Source of the DNA: the human T2T-CHM13v2.0 reference genome, Homo sapiens
Direction: 5' to 3' (one strand)
DNA length: 64,000 nt
Assembly: GCF_009914755.1 (NCBI RefSeq)
Contig: NC_060928.1
Below are positions 52,667-64,000 of the stretch, piece by piece (the first letter of the stretch is position 1; every line of letters begins with the position of its first letter). The notes under the pieces are model-generated. The model made no database searches. It had not been told where the DNA came from and saw only the letters and a list, made by a program, of their open reading frames with translations. The translations under genes were made by a program, and so were the position numbers.

Positions 52667-53029
52667 AATACTAGATACTTTTAATATCAGTGTTTTCGTC
52701 TTGTCAGCATTAAATAGTCATTTATGAACCACTTTATATAACACAGTTGAGTAATCTGAGGAGTTAATTTATAGTTAGTAATGCTTTCACACTTCAGAGG
52801 TACTCCATAATTGAAAATAAATTTTGTATCTGTGAATGGCTTGAGAGCATTGATGTGGACTAAATAACCCTACCTGGTTTCTCTTAATCATGAGGTTGTA
52901 TTGGCATTGTGTCAAGTTGTTAGTACAGAGTATTGAGAACAGAGTCTCCTGGGTGTCTGCTGAGGGCTGGAACTCTCCTCAAGGTTGGTGAATGGCCTCA
53001 TGTCACTGGTGTCCAATACAGACTGGTCC

Positions 53030-54725
53030 TACTTAGAGGAAATGAAGACAACATTCAAGAACAGATGAGTAATGTAAGAAGATAAAGGGAAATTCTGAAA
53101 AAATAACCAAAAGTAATGCTAGAGATAAAGTGGATAGTAACAGAAATAAAGAATGCTTTTGATTAGCTCCTACATTACTTGGATTGGCTGAAAGATACTT
53201 AGGAAATACCAAACTATGTGGAGAGTAGACAGCATATTTCTACATAACACATAGGTCAAAGAGAGCATCTCGGGAGAAATTTTAAAATAGTTTTGAACTG
53301 ATGAAAACACAGCTTATCAATATTTGTGGGATGCAGGGCTTAGAGGGAGATTTATAGTATTGAATGCATAATTAGAATAGAAAAAAGATCTAAAATCAAT
53401 AATCTAAGTTTTTACCTTAAGAAACTAGAAAATGAAGGACAAATTCAATCCAAATAAGGCAAATAAAGGAAATATAAAACTTTAAATATTAATATTAGAG
53501 AAGAAATCAATGAAATTGAAAATAAAGAATCAATAGAGAAAAATAATACCACAAAAAGTTGGTCCTTTGAAAAGAAAAATAAAATCAATAAAATTAATGC
53601 TTCTTATCTCAACAATAAGAAAACAAAGAAACAACTCAATTAAAAAATGGGCCTATCATCAGGGCAATGTAAGCTGAAACAACAATGAGGTCACACTACA
53701 CACTTATTAGAACACCCCAACTTCAGTACAGTGACATAACCAAATGTTGGCAAGGATGCGGAGCTACAAGACAGGAACTACCCTGAAGGTTGGTGAATGG
53801 CCTCATGTCACTGGTGTCCCATAGATACTGGTCCCATTTAGAAGAAATGTAGACAACATGCAAGAACAGATGAGTAATATAAGCATTAAGTGGAAATTCT
53901 GAAAAGTAACATTCATTGCTGATGGGAATGCAAAATAGTACAGCCACTTTGGAAGACAGATTAATAATTTCTTATAAAATTAAACATACTGTAACCATAA
54001 GATTCAGAATTCTCCTTAGTATAAACTCAAAGGAGTTAAATACTTATGTCCAAACAATAACATGCACGTGGATGTTTATTACAATTTTATTCATCATTAA
54101 CAAAACCTTGAAGCAAGGTGATAGATGAGTGGATAAAGAACTGTCATACTTTCAGACAGTGGAATATTACGCAGCATTTAAAATTAATACACTCCCAAGC
54201 TATGAAAAGACATTGAAGAACCTTAAATGCATATTAGTAAGTGAAAGAAACCAGTCTGAAAAAGCTAAGTACTATACGATTCCAACTGCATTACATTTTG
54301 GAAACAGAAACACCATGGGGACAGTAAAAAAGATCAGTGATTTCCAGGCTATGGAGGCAGAGGTGAGGGGAGACTGAGAGAGACTGAGAGAGACTGAGAG
54401 ATAAATAGGTATAGCACAGGGAGTTTTTGGGAAGTAAAACTACTCTGAATGATACTGTAATGGTGGATACATATTATTTACACTTGTCTGAACCCATAAA
54501 ATGTACAACAAGAAGGACTTCTAATGTAAACTCTGGACTTTGGATGATTATGATTTTTTAGTGTAGGTTCATGAACTGTAACAAATGTACCACTGAGATG
54601 GGAAATAATGATAGTGCAGGAGTCTAGGCACAAATGGAGTCAGGAGCAATATGGCGACCTCTGTAGATTCCTCTTAATATTGCTGTGAACTTAAAACTGC
54701 TCTAAAAAATTATAAAGACTAAAAA
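53030..54725 (+). mobile_element. Internally deleted L1MC1/2-like element (ORF1 piece, ORF2 piece, 3' UTR)
   Basis: ORF1-like caagaacagatgagtaatgtaag..aaagaatgcttttgat; ORF2-like tgtgggatgcag..aaaatcaataatctaag; L1MC 3' end taatgtaaactctggactttgg..aaatgtaccact..ctgtgaacttaaaactgctctaaaaaat. Confidence 0.82.
54371..54400. repeat. 10-bp tandem repeat (agactgagag)x3
   Basis: Three perfect copies. Confidence 0.9.
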
Positions 54726-55515
54726 ATATACCAGATCTGATAAATGTGTTTTCCTCTCCCACATAATCCTTATTATGTACCCAGAGCAGAATATTAAATA
54801 GACCAAAATTCTTTAATTATATTGTAAAATATTTTCTCAAAGCCAGTACAATGTACTTGTTTATTATGATGACTTCTTTTCAAAATATTGCCAGGTTATT
54901 TTGATTAAAAAATTATACAACATTTCTGCAAGATTTTTTCCAGGACATTTTAAATCCAATTCAGGCAGAACAGATGAGCCATCTTCCTTATGACAGCAAC
55001 TAGTCCACTAATTCTACTTTTAAAAAGCTTATTGTCAAAGCCATTCTGTTCATTTACTCTGAGTAACAAGTAGTTTGCGTTGCCAGTTGAACTCCAGCAC
55101 ATTTTGTTCACATAATAAAGTAATAGCTTTTATATGGATTGTTCTAGTGTCACAGACATCATACAACTCCAGGTGAGAAATAGAAAAGATTGTGATTGAT
55201 TAGATCAAAGTTCAATGTTTCAATCAACTAGTAACTTCTATACACAAGTTTATTTTTGAAAAGCTGATTCTACATATTTCGGATTAAAAAAAAAAAAGGC
55301 AGTTGGTTGATAAAGATGAAGAAGTTCAATGTAAAGGAAGAGGAAAGAATAGAGAGGCTAATTATCTGACTTTCAAAACAATTTCCTGTAAGTAAAAAGT
55401 AGAAAAAATGTTTTTTTTTTTTTTTTTTCTGGGGGCAGGGGTATTGCCAACACCTTTCCACTTATGCTAAAAATCTGGAAGTAGTTATTGATTATATTAC
55501 TTTACTCAACATTGC

Positions 55516-56153
55516 TGTGGCCAGGTTAGTTCAGAAAGACAGGAGGAACCCACCTCCAAAATATGGTTTGTATGTAGAGATGGATAATATGACATATATA
55601 CACTAAGAAATTATAAAATCTTTATTACTTTCATAAGACGTCTAGGGGAGACTGGGCCAAACCTTCCAAAACAGTTTAAGAGGGCAAGAAAACCAGACTG
55701 ATGTGAGGCTTTTATTGTGGTTAGGGGTAGGCTGGGGTGAGGATTTCCCTGTGCAGGCAGGAGCATGCATGTTTTGAATCTCGTTTAGGTACGAAAGGGG
55801 AGTACTTGGGCTTCCTTATCAGTTTTCCCAGATATAAGCCACAAGGAGAAGAGATGGGGGTGAAGCTTAAAAGCTGTCGGCAGTCAAACATCGAAAATAG
55901 AGTTACATGGACACAGGAAGGGGAACATCACACACCGGGGACTGTTGTGCGGTGGGGGGAGGGGGGAGGGAGAGCATTAGGAGATATACCTAATGCTAAA
56001 TGACGAGTTAATGGGTGCAGCACACCAACATGGCACATGTATACATATGTAACAAACCTGCAAGTTGTGCACATGTACCCTAAAACTTAAAGTATAATCA
56101 TAATAAAATAAAAAAATTAAAAAAAAGAAAATAGAGTTAGACGCTTTATTGCA
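55516..56153 (-). mobile_element. MER74A-like LTR (ERVL), split by an L1PA insertion
   Basis: aaagctgtcggcagtcaaacatc.aaaatagagttagacgctttattgca is the reverse complement of the MER74 5' end once the L1 is removed. Confidence 0.8.
55906..56126 (+). mobile_element. 5'-truncated L1PA3/4 3' end
   Basis: catggacacaggaaggggaacatcacacaccgggg..gagatatacctaatgctaaatgacgagttaatgggtgcagc..aaacttaaagtataat plus A tail. Perfect 13-bp TSD gaaaatagagtta (55893-55905, 56127-56139). Confidence 0.96.
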
Positions 56154-56287
56154 AATATTATACACAGAATTGCCAACATGTTCTTCCAATGTTACCACTA
56201 ATTTTTATCCCTCCTTCATACTTAATATTCCTATTTTAGTTTCAAAAAGTTATTATCTTTGTTTGAATCTCTGTAACAGGTTCCTAA

Positions 56288-57044
56288 TGTTAAAAGAAAA
56301 ACTTTAGAAAAATTAAATTTAACAGTGTTTAATTGAGGAAAGGACAATTCAAGAATCAGGCAGTCACATGAATCAGAATAGGTTCAGAGCAACTCCCTGA
56401 GGCTGCCACACAGTCAGCTAACATTTATGGACAGAAAAAGGAAGGTGATGTAAACAAAACCGAAATGACTGGGTGCAGTGCCTCATGGCTATAATCCCAG
56501 CAGTTTGGGAGGCTGAGATGAAAGGATCGCTTGAACCCTGGAGTTCAAGACCAGCATGGATAATATATCAAAACCCTGTCTCTAAAAGTATATATTTTTA
56601 TAAAATTAGCTGGATGAGGTGGCACATGCCTTTAGCCCAGCTACTTGGGAGGCTGAGATGGGAGGATCACCTGAGCCCAAGAGCTGGAGGCTGCAATCAG
56701 CTATGATCTCAACACTGCACTCCACCATAGGTGACAGAGCAACATAAGTTCCTTTCTTTAAAAAAAAAAAAAAAAAAAGGAAAAAGGAAACAAGTGATGT
56801 AGAGAAACAGCTGGGTTGGTTATAGATCAGCATTTGTCCTCTTTGAACATGGATTTGAACAGTTGGTCACCTGTGATTGCCTGAAACTCCTGTTCTGTGA
56901 TTGGATGATACTTGGCTGCTTGTTACAAGAGCAGGTTACATTCTGTTTACACATCCAGCAGTAAGGTTACAGTTCACTGTGTATGGAGAAACTTTTAGGC
57001 TAAACTTAAAATATTAAGGAGGCAGCTTTTGGCTAAACTTAACA
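56288..57044 (-). mobile_element. MER57 solo LTR (ERV1), split by AluJ
   Basis: tgttaaaagaaaaacttt...ggagaaacttttaggctaaacttaaaatattaaggaggcagcttt.ggctaaacttaaca. TSD ctaa/ctca. Confidence 0.88.
56467..56778 (+). mobile_element. AluJo-like, full length
   Basis: J-diagnostic aggatcgcttga, gggaggatcacctgagccc and ggctgca..gctatgat; A tail. Confidence 0.92.
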
Positions 57045-57229
57045 CTCACCCTATTAACTCTACTCTTGCTTTCAAATTCTATCACTGATGCACAGTTTCC
57101 AGAACAGAACGAGAACTCCACACAGCACTACCTTCTTCAGACATCATTTGTGCTTAAATAAAACTAAAAAGACACATTTAGCATCCAACTTATTTATTTA
57201 TCTATCCATTCCCATCTATTCATCTGTAA

Positions 57230-57355
57230 ATATATCTCCCTTTAAAGACATAAGCAGTTTAAGATTGGAATCATCTCTTACTAATTATTGCAAATTGTTA
57301 ATCGCCTCTGTGCCTCGCACATGGAATGGCTATAACAAATGCTGAACACATGAAT
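57230..57355 (+). mobile_element. L2 3' end fragment
   Basis: tctccc..aga.ataagc..gtgcctcgcacat..acaaatgctgaa..tgaat. Confidence 0.5.
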
Positions 57356-59351
57356 ATGTGGGGCTCAAGACTATGGAAATTTCAACCAGAAGCTCCTTTT
57401 TTCACAGAACTAGTTTTCTGAGATACAATCAAATGTGCAATTTCGAATTAGATTTAATCATCAAACAATTCAGAACATAATTTTTCAGTCTTTATGCTAC
57501 TTACAAAATATATTTTTAGAGAATGATGAGCAGGTGTTAAAGTATTTTACACATGTTAAATTCCTCCTAAATACGTTTTGTAGTTTTTTTACATTACACA
57601 CTCTTAGGAAATTGCTTCACTTCCAGAGCCCCAAAAGCATTGTCTCCTTTGAATAAGACTGGACTCATAGTTGAGTTTGCATAAAAACTCACTAATGCAC
57701 AAGTTATCTTCTCTAAAACTAGTAAATACTAGCATACGTATACAAATTTTAAAAGTTGCCAACAAAATTTTGAAATGAAAATATTGGACAGAAAATTATA
57801 TCTATTCTTATTTTTCAAGCTTTTGAACCTTTAGTTCAACTGCATATATAATACTGGATTTCAAAGAAAACAAATATAACTTCTTTATTAGTTATTTTCT
57901 ATTATGTTAAAGGAGAGAAACTAAAATATTGAGAGTATATGGAGTGCTTTTTTCATCATTTACACACAAATCTGGTAACCTGGAATGTATTCTTAGTTTA
58001 TTTAACAAACTTATTTAACATTAACATCACAAATGTTTGGAAGATATGTAATAATTAAATAAAAAGAAAGTGCATCATTAGCAAGATGTAATTTTGCTCT
58101 CTGATTTGGTCCTATATACTCTGCCAAATTGAAAATCTGTCCAGAACAAGGATTAGGAATAAAAAATTGTTGCTTTCATTTGTGAGTAAGCAGTATGAAT
58201 GTTAAAAAGAAAATGTTGGCCAGTAATTTGAATTGAAAATTAAGATAACTGTAGGTAACATTTAATTTATATTTTACTAATAATAGAATACCAGTTGTTT
58301 TGCAAGATAATACATTCAAAGTATTAAACATCTTCAAATAATTGTTTTCTTTACAGTCAACAATTTTACATGATGAGAAATACAATGTAATTTACATACA
58401 GCACTATGATCTTCATATGTGTTGTCATACAGTGTTTCACTAATTTGGAAAGTCATTTTCAATCTTCACATATGTATGTGTATAAATGTGGGGTTTAGGT
58501 GTGTGTGTGTGTATATATCTCTCTATTTAAGCTCATTTTAGAGTTCTAAAATAATATGACATAAAATAAATGGCATATTTGGTTTTCCAAAAATCTAACA
58601 GGTTAAATAACTATTATAATTAAAATACAATTGTCATTAAATCATTCACCTATATTTCATATTTAACCTTACTAGGTAAATAATATGCTTTGAAGATAAT
58701 TTCCTCAAATAGATCTTTAATAAACAGCATTCATGTTGTAATTATAGTTCCACATAGAGAAGAATTTTAGAATTATGCTCCATGCTGCAATACTGCTTTG
58801 TTTTTAATAATGTATAAATTAGTACCTTATTGTCATTGGTGATCATTGCTTTTTCCTTCACTTCAAAAATCACTGATGTCGACAGCAATAAACCTGTGGA
58901 CATCGTTGTGTTCTTACCTCAGAGGGAGAAGATAGCATCTATGAAGATGCTTTATTTCCAACCAAAAATTAAGTCTCCATAAAAAATAATTCATAGAAGT
59001 CCATCATAAAACCTGATGTGTAATAAGAGCAAATAATATGTTTTTAGATATGGGTTTTTTTAAGGAAAGTACAGTATTGTGTAAAATAGTATTTTAAATG
59101 TGTTTTTTTTTTTAAATTACCAGAAACAGTTAAAATTTTATGGAATATCCCTTTATGCTATAATATAGAATCTCTTTCAAGTTTCATGACTTTTGAAAAT
59201 TAACAGAAGTTTCTAACAGGTAAGAAATTTGGAGCTTCTTAAGGTGAACTATATTAGAATCTTGCATTTTTCATATTAACAAATCCCTATATTATCACAT
59301 ATTTCTTAATCATCTTCTTTGATGGCCATGAGAATATATCTCTCAAATAAT

Positions 59352-60096
59352 TGTAGGGAATATCATTGACTGACAGTCCCAGCTGCTGAGCTCTGAAATG
59401 CATCATTGTATTTGTAGCAGTCACAGGCTGCTGCCAGCTAATGACTAAACATGGCAGGGAAAGTAATGCTTGGTGTTTCTGAGAGATTCAGATTTCTGAA
59501 AAGAGTCCGACTCAAATTCTCTCATATGGTTTGGCTGTGTCCCCAACCAAATCTCATTTTGAGTTATAATCTGAATTGTAATCCCCAGGTGTCATGGGAG
59601 GGGCCTGGTGAAAGGTGATTGGATCATGAGGGAGTTTTCCCCCATGCTGTTCTCATGATAGTGAGTTCTCATGAGATCTGATGGTTTTACGAGTGACAGT
59701 TGCCCCCTCTTCTCTTTCCTGCTGCCATGCAAGACGTGCCTTGCTTCCCCTTTGCCTTTCCCCATGGTTGTGTTTCCAGAGGCCTCACCAGCCAGGCAGA
59801 ACTGTGGGTCAATTAAACCTCTTTCCTTTATAAATTGCCCAGTCTTTGATATTTCTTTATGGAAGAGTGAAAATGGACTAAAACAGTCTTATTGAGGATT
59901 CTCAAAATCTTGATGACCTTTTCTTATGATTATACTGCAGTTCTGGGTTAAACAGGCATCACAATTTGATGGCTCTCTCATCCTTTCTTATTCCCCTTTC
60001 TCAATTGTCTCTCACTGGTCTTTCCAATAAAAAGTTCCCTAAACAATTTGATCCCATTTCGATTTCTGCTTTTCTAAGGATCGAGATCACTATACA
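59352..60096 (+). mobile_element. LTR16-like solo LTR (ERVL), split by THE1
   Basis: tgtagg..gctgccagctaatgact..catggcaggga..acaggcatcaca..gatggctct..aataaaa..atcccat..ctgctttt..aca. Confidence 0.7.
59522..59885 (+). mobile_element. THE1D-like MaLR solo LTR
   Basis: atatggtttggctgtgtcccca.ccaaatctcat..cccccatgctgttctcatgatagtgag..gaactgtgggtcaattaaacctctttcctttataaattgcccagtc..ggactaaaaca. Confidence 0.92.
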
Positions 60097-60099
60097 TGC

Positions 60100-60523
60100 T
60101 GTGAAAATTGTCAGAATAGAAATGGAGTCACTTGAGTTAAAAAACCTGACAAATAAAGCTAGGGAAGGCCATAAAGGAAGGGTTCTCATGCACAAATGCT
60201 TGAGAGCAAGAACTATCACATAAGACTGTGCCAAATTCCACAAATTTGGACAAAGGCCATCACAATCTTAAACACACTCACATTTCCATGAGGAACTCTG
60301 CCCAGCAATTGCCTGTCCATCCTCTGACCGGTGCCATCCCAACACTGATCTTTGCAGCCAAAATAATTATCTCAAACAATTATGTAATACTCCTCATTTT
60401 TTCTTTAAAAACCTTTGTCTTCCTTTGCCTCCTTAAATATGCACATAGTTACTATAGTACTCATGTCCCAATTGCAATGCCTATTCACATTGTTTGTAGA
60501 AAGCTTCCTATCTACTTATTACA
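60100..60523 (+). mobile_element. MER65-like 5' LTR (ERV1, MER4 group)
   Basis: tgtgaaaattgtcagaatagaaatggagtcact..aaacctgacaaata.agc..gggaaggccat matches the MER65 5' end. Confidence 0.82.
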
Positions 60524-62700
60524 TTGTTGCCAGAAATGGAAGTGAAGTGAGCTCACCTCAGTTGGATTGGTGGCCCCTGGAATTGTGTGTGGTACCTACC
60601 AAGTTTTTGTGCCTTCTGTTACTGTGGATCACCTTTACTGTCCTGGTGAATCTCCTTAGATTCTTGTATCTCCTCCCTTAGTTTTCTCAATTTATTTTGG
60701 ATTTTATTTGGGATCTGATTTTGTTATAAGGCCACTCAAAATGAAAGATGTGGCATCTCTTCTGGAACTATAAATGTTTTTGCGGGGGACCAAACTCTTA
60801 GCATAAAGACAAGTATCTTTCTAGTTTGAGTACTCTGGTTTTTAGAGAATTTACATTCTGTCTCTGAAGCATGACCTTTCTGGATAATTTACTTTTGTGT
60901 CTGCATGCTTGGTTTAACATTTTGTTTAATCCACATATCTGCATTAACATATTTGTGAGTACGCTGATTTTTGGTTCATTTTGGTTTGGTTATGTGCATT
61001 TGTAAATAATTTAGCTCTTCTTGTTTTCTTTGCTTGTTTCTGAACATCTTCTGAGAGCAAAAATAAACATTCCAAATGATGAATGTGAGATGGAAAATTA
61101 AAAGCCACTAGGGCAATTGTTCCAACTAAAACCCAGTTTCAAACTCCCTGACAGGATTTACTAACATAAGATTTTCTTTGCTCTTGAGAGATTAATAAGA
61201 AAAAAAAATGGGACTCTTAAACATTAAGGCATGCCAAGCTTTCTGGGACCCCAGTCAGGTACATAGCTTTTTTTCCTGTGCAGGTTTTAAAATCTGTGAC
61301 CATGATGAGGATTATTAGAACTTTCCAAGCTTGTTTTTATTATATCTGAATTAGAAACTGCAGCCAACTATAGAGTTAACATGTAGGGTCTTTTAAATTC
61401 TCTGTATATCTCTGTATTGCTTTTCCTGCCTACTCTAAATATTTTGGCTTTTTTTTTTTTTGCTTTTATTAAGATAATGTACTATTGCTAATTTCAAAAG
61501 TCACTTAGAAGTCTTAGGGCATTTCAAACAAATTAAGAAAAAATGTCTTAAGGAGCTTTCAAATTATTGATTTTACAAATTATAACAACTCCATGACAAC
61601 CAACAACCTGGACACCTTTGGAAAAGTAAATTTAGGTTTGTCTGAGTGATAATTGCTTAGGCTGATAGAATAGTTAACTAAAGAATTGATATTTAAAAAA
61701 AAAAGAAAGAAAAAATAATAAAGAAACAAGTAGGCTTTCAGACCAAACAGATCAAACTCCTGGTCTGAGATAAAAACTATAAGGTATTCCTGTCTGGCAT
61801 AAGAATTGCTTTGCCAGCAATGCAGGGTCCAGAAAACACCAAAAATAAAAATAAAAATAAAAATAAAAACCTTTGGATACACTCTTCCTTTTAAAAATAA
61901 AAGCACTACTAAAATGCTTTCCCTACTGACATTGACTAGTCTAACAAAGCAGATGAATAAACAAAAGAAAGATTTGTTACTAAAAAAATTCAAAGGCACT
62001 TGGGGATATTTTTCCTATACATTTCAGCCAGTCCTAGCGAAAATGTAAACATTTGAAAATTTAACCTCAAATTCATTGCAAAATGAAAAAAAGGACAGAA
62101 AAGGGATAAAAGAAAATTTTTGAAAACCAAACTGCTTTACCCAAAAATTGGGATCTGCAGCTTTCATTCGATTACCTATAGGAGCAAATAAAATTTAGCC
62201 ATCTGAACAGGTCTTATTTTGTCAGAAATATAATTTGGATCCAGCTGTCTTTTATAAACCAGTGAGCTTGTATTACTTTGTTTTATTGTCTCGCGACTTA
62301 AATTTTGCAATGAAAGCTATAAGATGTTTATTTCTGTGTTTGTATATGTGTTTAGGTCTTTATATATGTATGTTTTGTTTACGTGGTATAACCTGGTGTA
62401 GTTGGCCAGAAATCCCTACAGAAATTATATTTAGATTGGCTTACATAAATGAACAGTTATATAAACTATATAGTAATTAACCAAATGCCTTTTAATTATG
62501 TGATTTAAGTAAATCTTTGAAAATAAGCTGGTTTGAAATTTGTTGATAAAATAAAGACAAAAATGTTTTCAAAATTTTCTACATACATTTTTGCCTAGGT
62601 TTACAAGTCACACAGAGTTTTATATTTGCCACTGCTTTAAATTTTAAGGTCATCAAACTATAAACCCAACCTTCGGACAAAAACTCCTTCTTTGTCTCAA
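60524..62700 (+). mobile_element. MER65/MER4-group ERV internal region (non-coding), 3'-truncated
   Basis: Degenerate PBS tgttgccagaaatgg directly after the LTR. MER4-int-like tracts (aacaactccatg..aacctggacacctttgga..gtaaatttaggtttg; gattggcttacataaatga). Confidence 0.7.
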
Positions 62701-64000
62701 ATCCACTTTCATTTGATTTTTGTATATGGTGAGAGATAAGTGTTTAGTAACATAATTCTGCATATGAACCTCATTTTCCCAGGACCAGTTATTGAAGAAA
62801 CCGTCTTTTCCCCAATGTATATTCTTGGCAACTTGTCAAAAATTGATTTGCTATAGATGTGTGGATTTGTTTCTGGGTTTGCTATTCTGTTCCATTGCTC
62901 CACGTATCTGTTTTTATGTCACTACTATGCTGTATTGGTTACTATATCTCTGTAGGATAATTTGAAGTCAGGTAATGTGATTCCTCCAGTTTTCTGCTTT
63001 TTGCTCATGATGGCTTTGTTTATTCTGGGTTTTTGTGGTTCCATATACATTTCATTTTATTTTATTCTATTCACATTGAGAGTGGCACTGGTAGGTTTTT
63101 AACTTTATTTCTTGCTGTTTAACTGGGATTACTTTTAAAATTTCTTTTTCAGGGTGTTCACTGATAGCATATAGAAATGCTACTACTATTTATATGTTGA
63201 TTTTGTATCCTGCAACTTTACTGAATTTGTTTATCAGTAATAATACTTTTTTGGTGGAATCTTTAGGTTTTTCCAAATATAAGCCCATATCCTCTGCAAA
63301 CAAGGATAATTTTATTTCTTCCTTTATAATTTGGATGCCCTGTATATCTTTCTTTTTTAATTGTTGTGGCTAGGACTTACAGCAATATGTTGAATAACAG
63401 TGGTGAAAGCAGGCATCGTTTTCTTCTTCCAGATATTAGAGAAAAGAATTTCAGTTCATCCTCATTCAGTATGATACTAGCTGCGCTTCTATCATATATG
63501 CCTTTTATTATGTTAAGGTATGCTCCTTCTGTACTCAGTTTTTTGAGGGTTTTTGTCATGAAGGGATGTTGAATTTTATCATAGGCTTTTCCAGCACCAA
63601 TTGAAATGATTATATAGTTTTTGTCCTTCATTCTGTTGACATGATGTATCATACTGATTGATTTGTGTACGTGGAACCACACTTGCATGCCTGGGATAAA
63701 TCCCACTTAGTCAGGATGAATATTTTTTACTGTGATCTTGAATTTAGTCTGCTAGCATTTTCTGGAGGATTTTTGCATCCATATTCATCAGAGATACTGG
63801 ACTGTAGTTTTTTTTTTTAATGTGTCTTTGTCTGCTTTTGGTATCAGGACAATACTGGCCTCACAGAATGAGTTTGGAATTACTCCCTCCTCTTCTACTT
63901 TTCAAAATCGTTTGATTAGGATTGGTATTAGTTATTCTTTAAATATTTGGTAGAAGTCAGCAGTGACGCCATCAAGTTCCAGGCTTTTATTTATTGGAAA
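62701..64000 (-). mobile_element. LINE-1 (L1MA-like) ORF2 reverse transcriptase region with internal deletion
   Basis: ORF 63377..63706(-) [48 protein letters not shown] is the L1 RT domain. ORF 62709..62903(-) QWNRI.NPE.NPHIY..LSPYTKI is the downstream ORF2. Confidence 0.95.

Noticed and set aside
55951-55970. G-quadruplex-like G tracts
   Set aside because: Standard polypurine tract of the L1PA 3' UTR.
61580-61999. 139-aa hydrophobic ORF resembling a membrane protein
   Set aside because: Antisense to A-rich ERV internal sequence; the Phe/Leu/Ile bias comes from T-rich composition.

Overview
AT-rich primate (very likely human) intergenic or deep-intronic DNA, shown by AluJ/S/Y, L1PA, THE1 and MER-family LTRs. 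I find no intact protein-coding gene, RNA gene, CpG island or CRISPR array; most listed ORFs are chance ORFs or L1/Alu debris. The one gene-derived feature is an old intronless retrocopy of HAVCR1 (TIM-1/KIM-1) at ~3.78-5.67 kb (+). It has a short, repeat-free mucin stalk and an MLT2 LTR in its 3' UTR. The rest is layered transposon fossils, many nested with visible target-site duplications (TSDs). The notable structures are a 162-bp, 96%-identical inverted duplication with a template-switch junction (36.3-37.1 kb), a tail-less 5'-inverted L1PA (28.8-30.4 kb), an older ~135-bp templated insertion (53.0/53.8 kb) and a 71-bp truncated AluY. I cannot support a new biological system from sequence alone. 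Repeat subfamily names and HAVCR1 comparisons come from my recollection of consensus sequences, not from searches.
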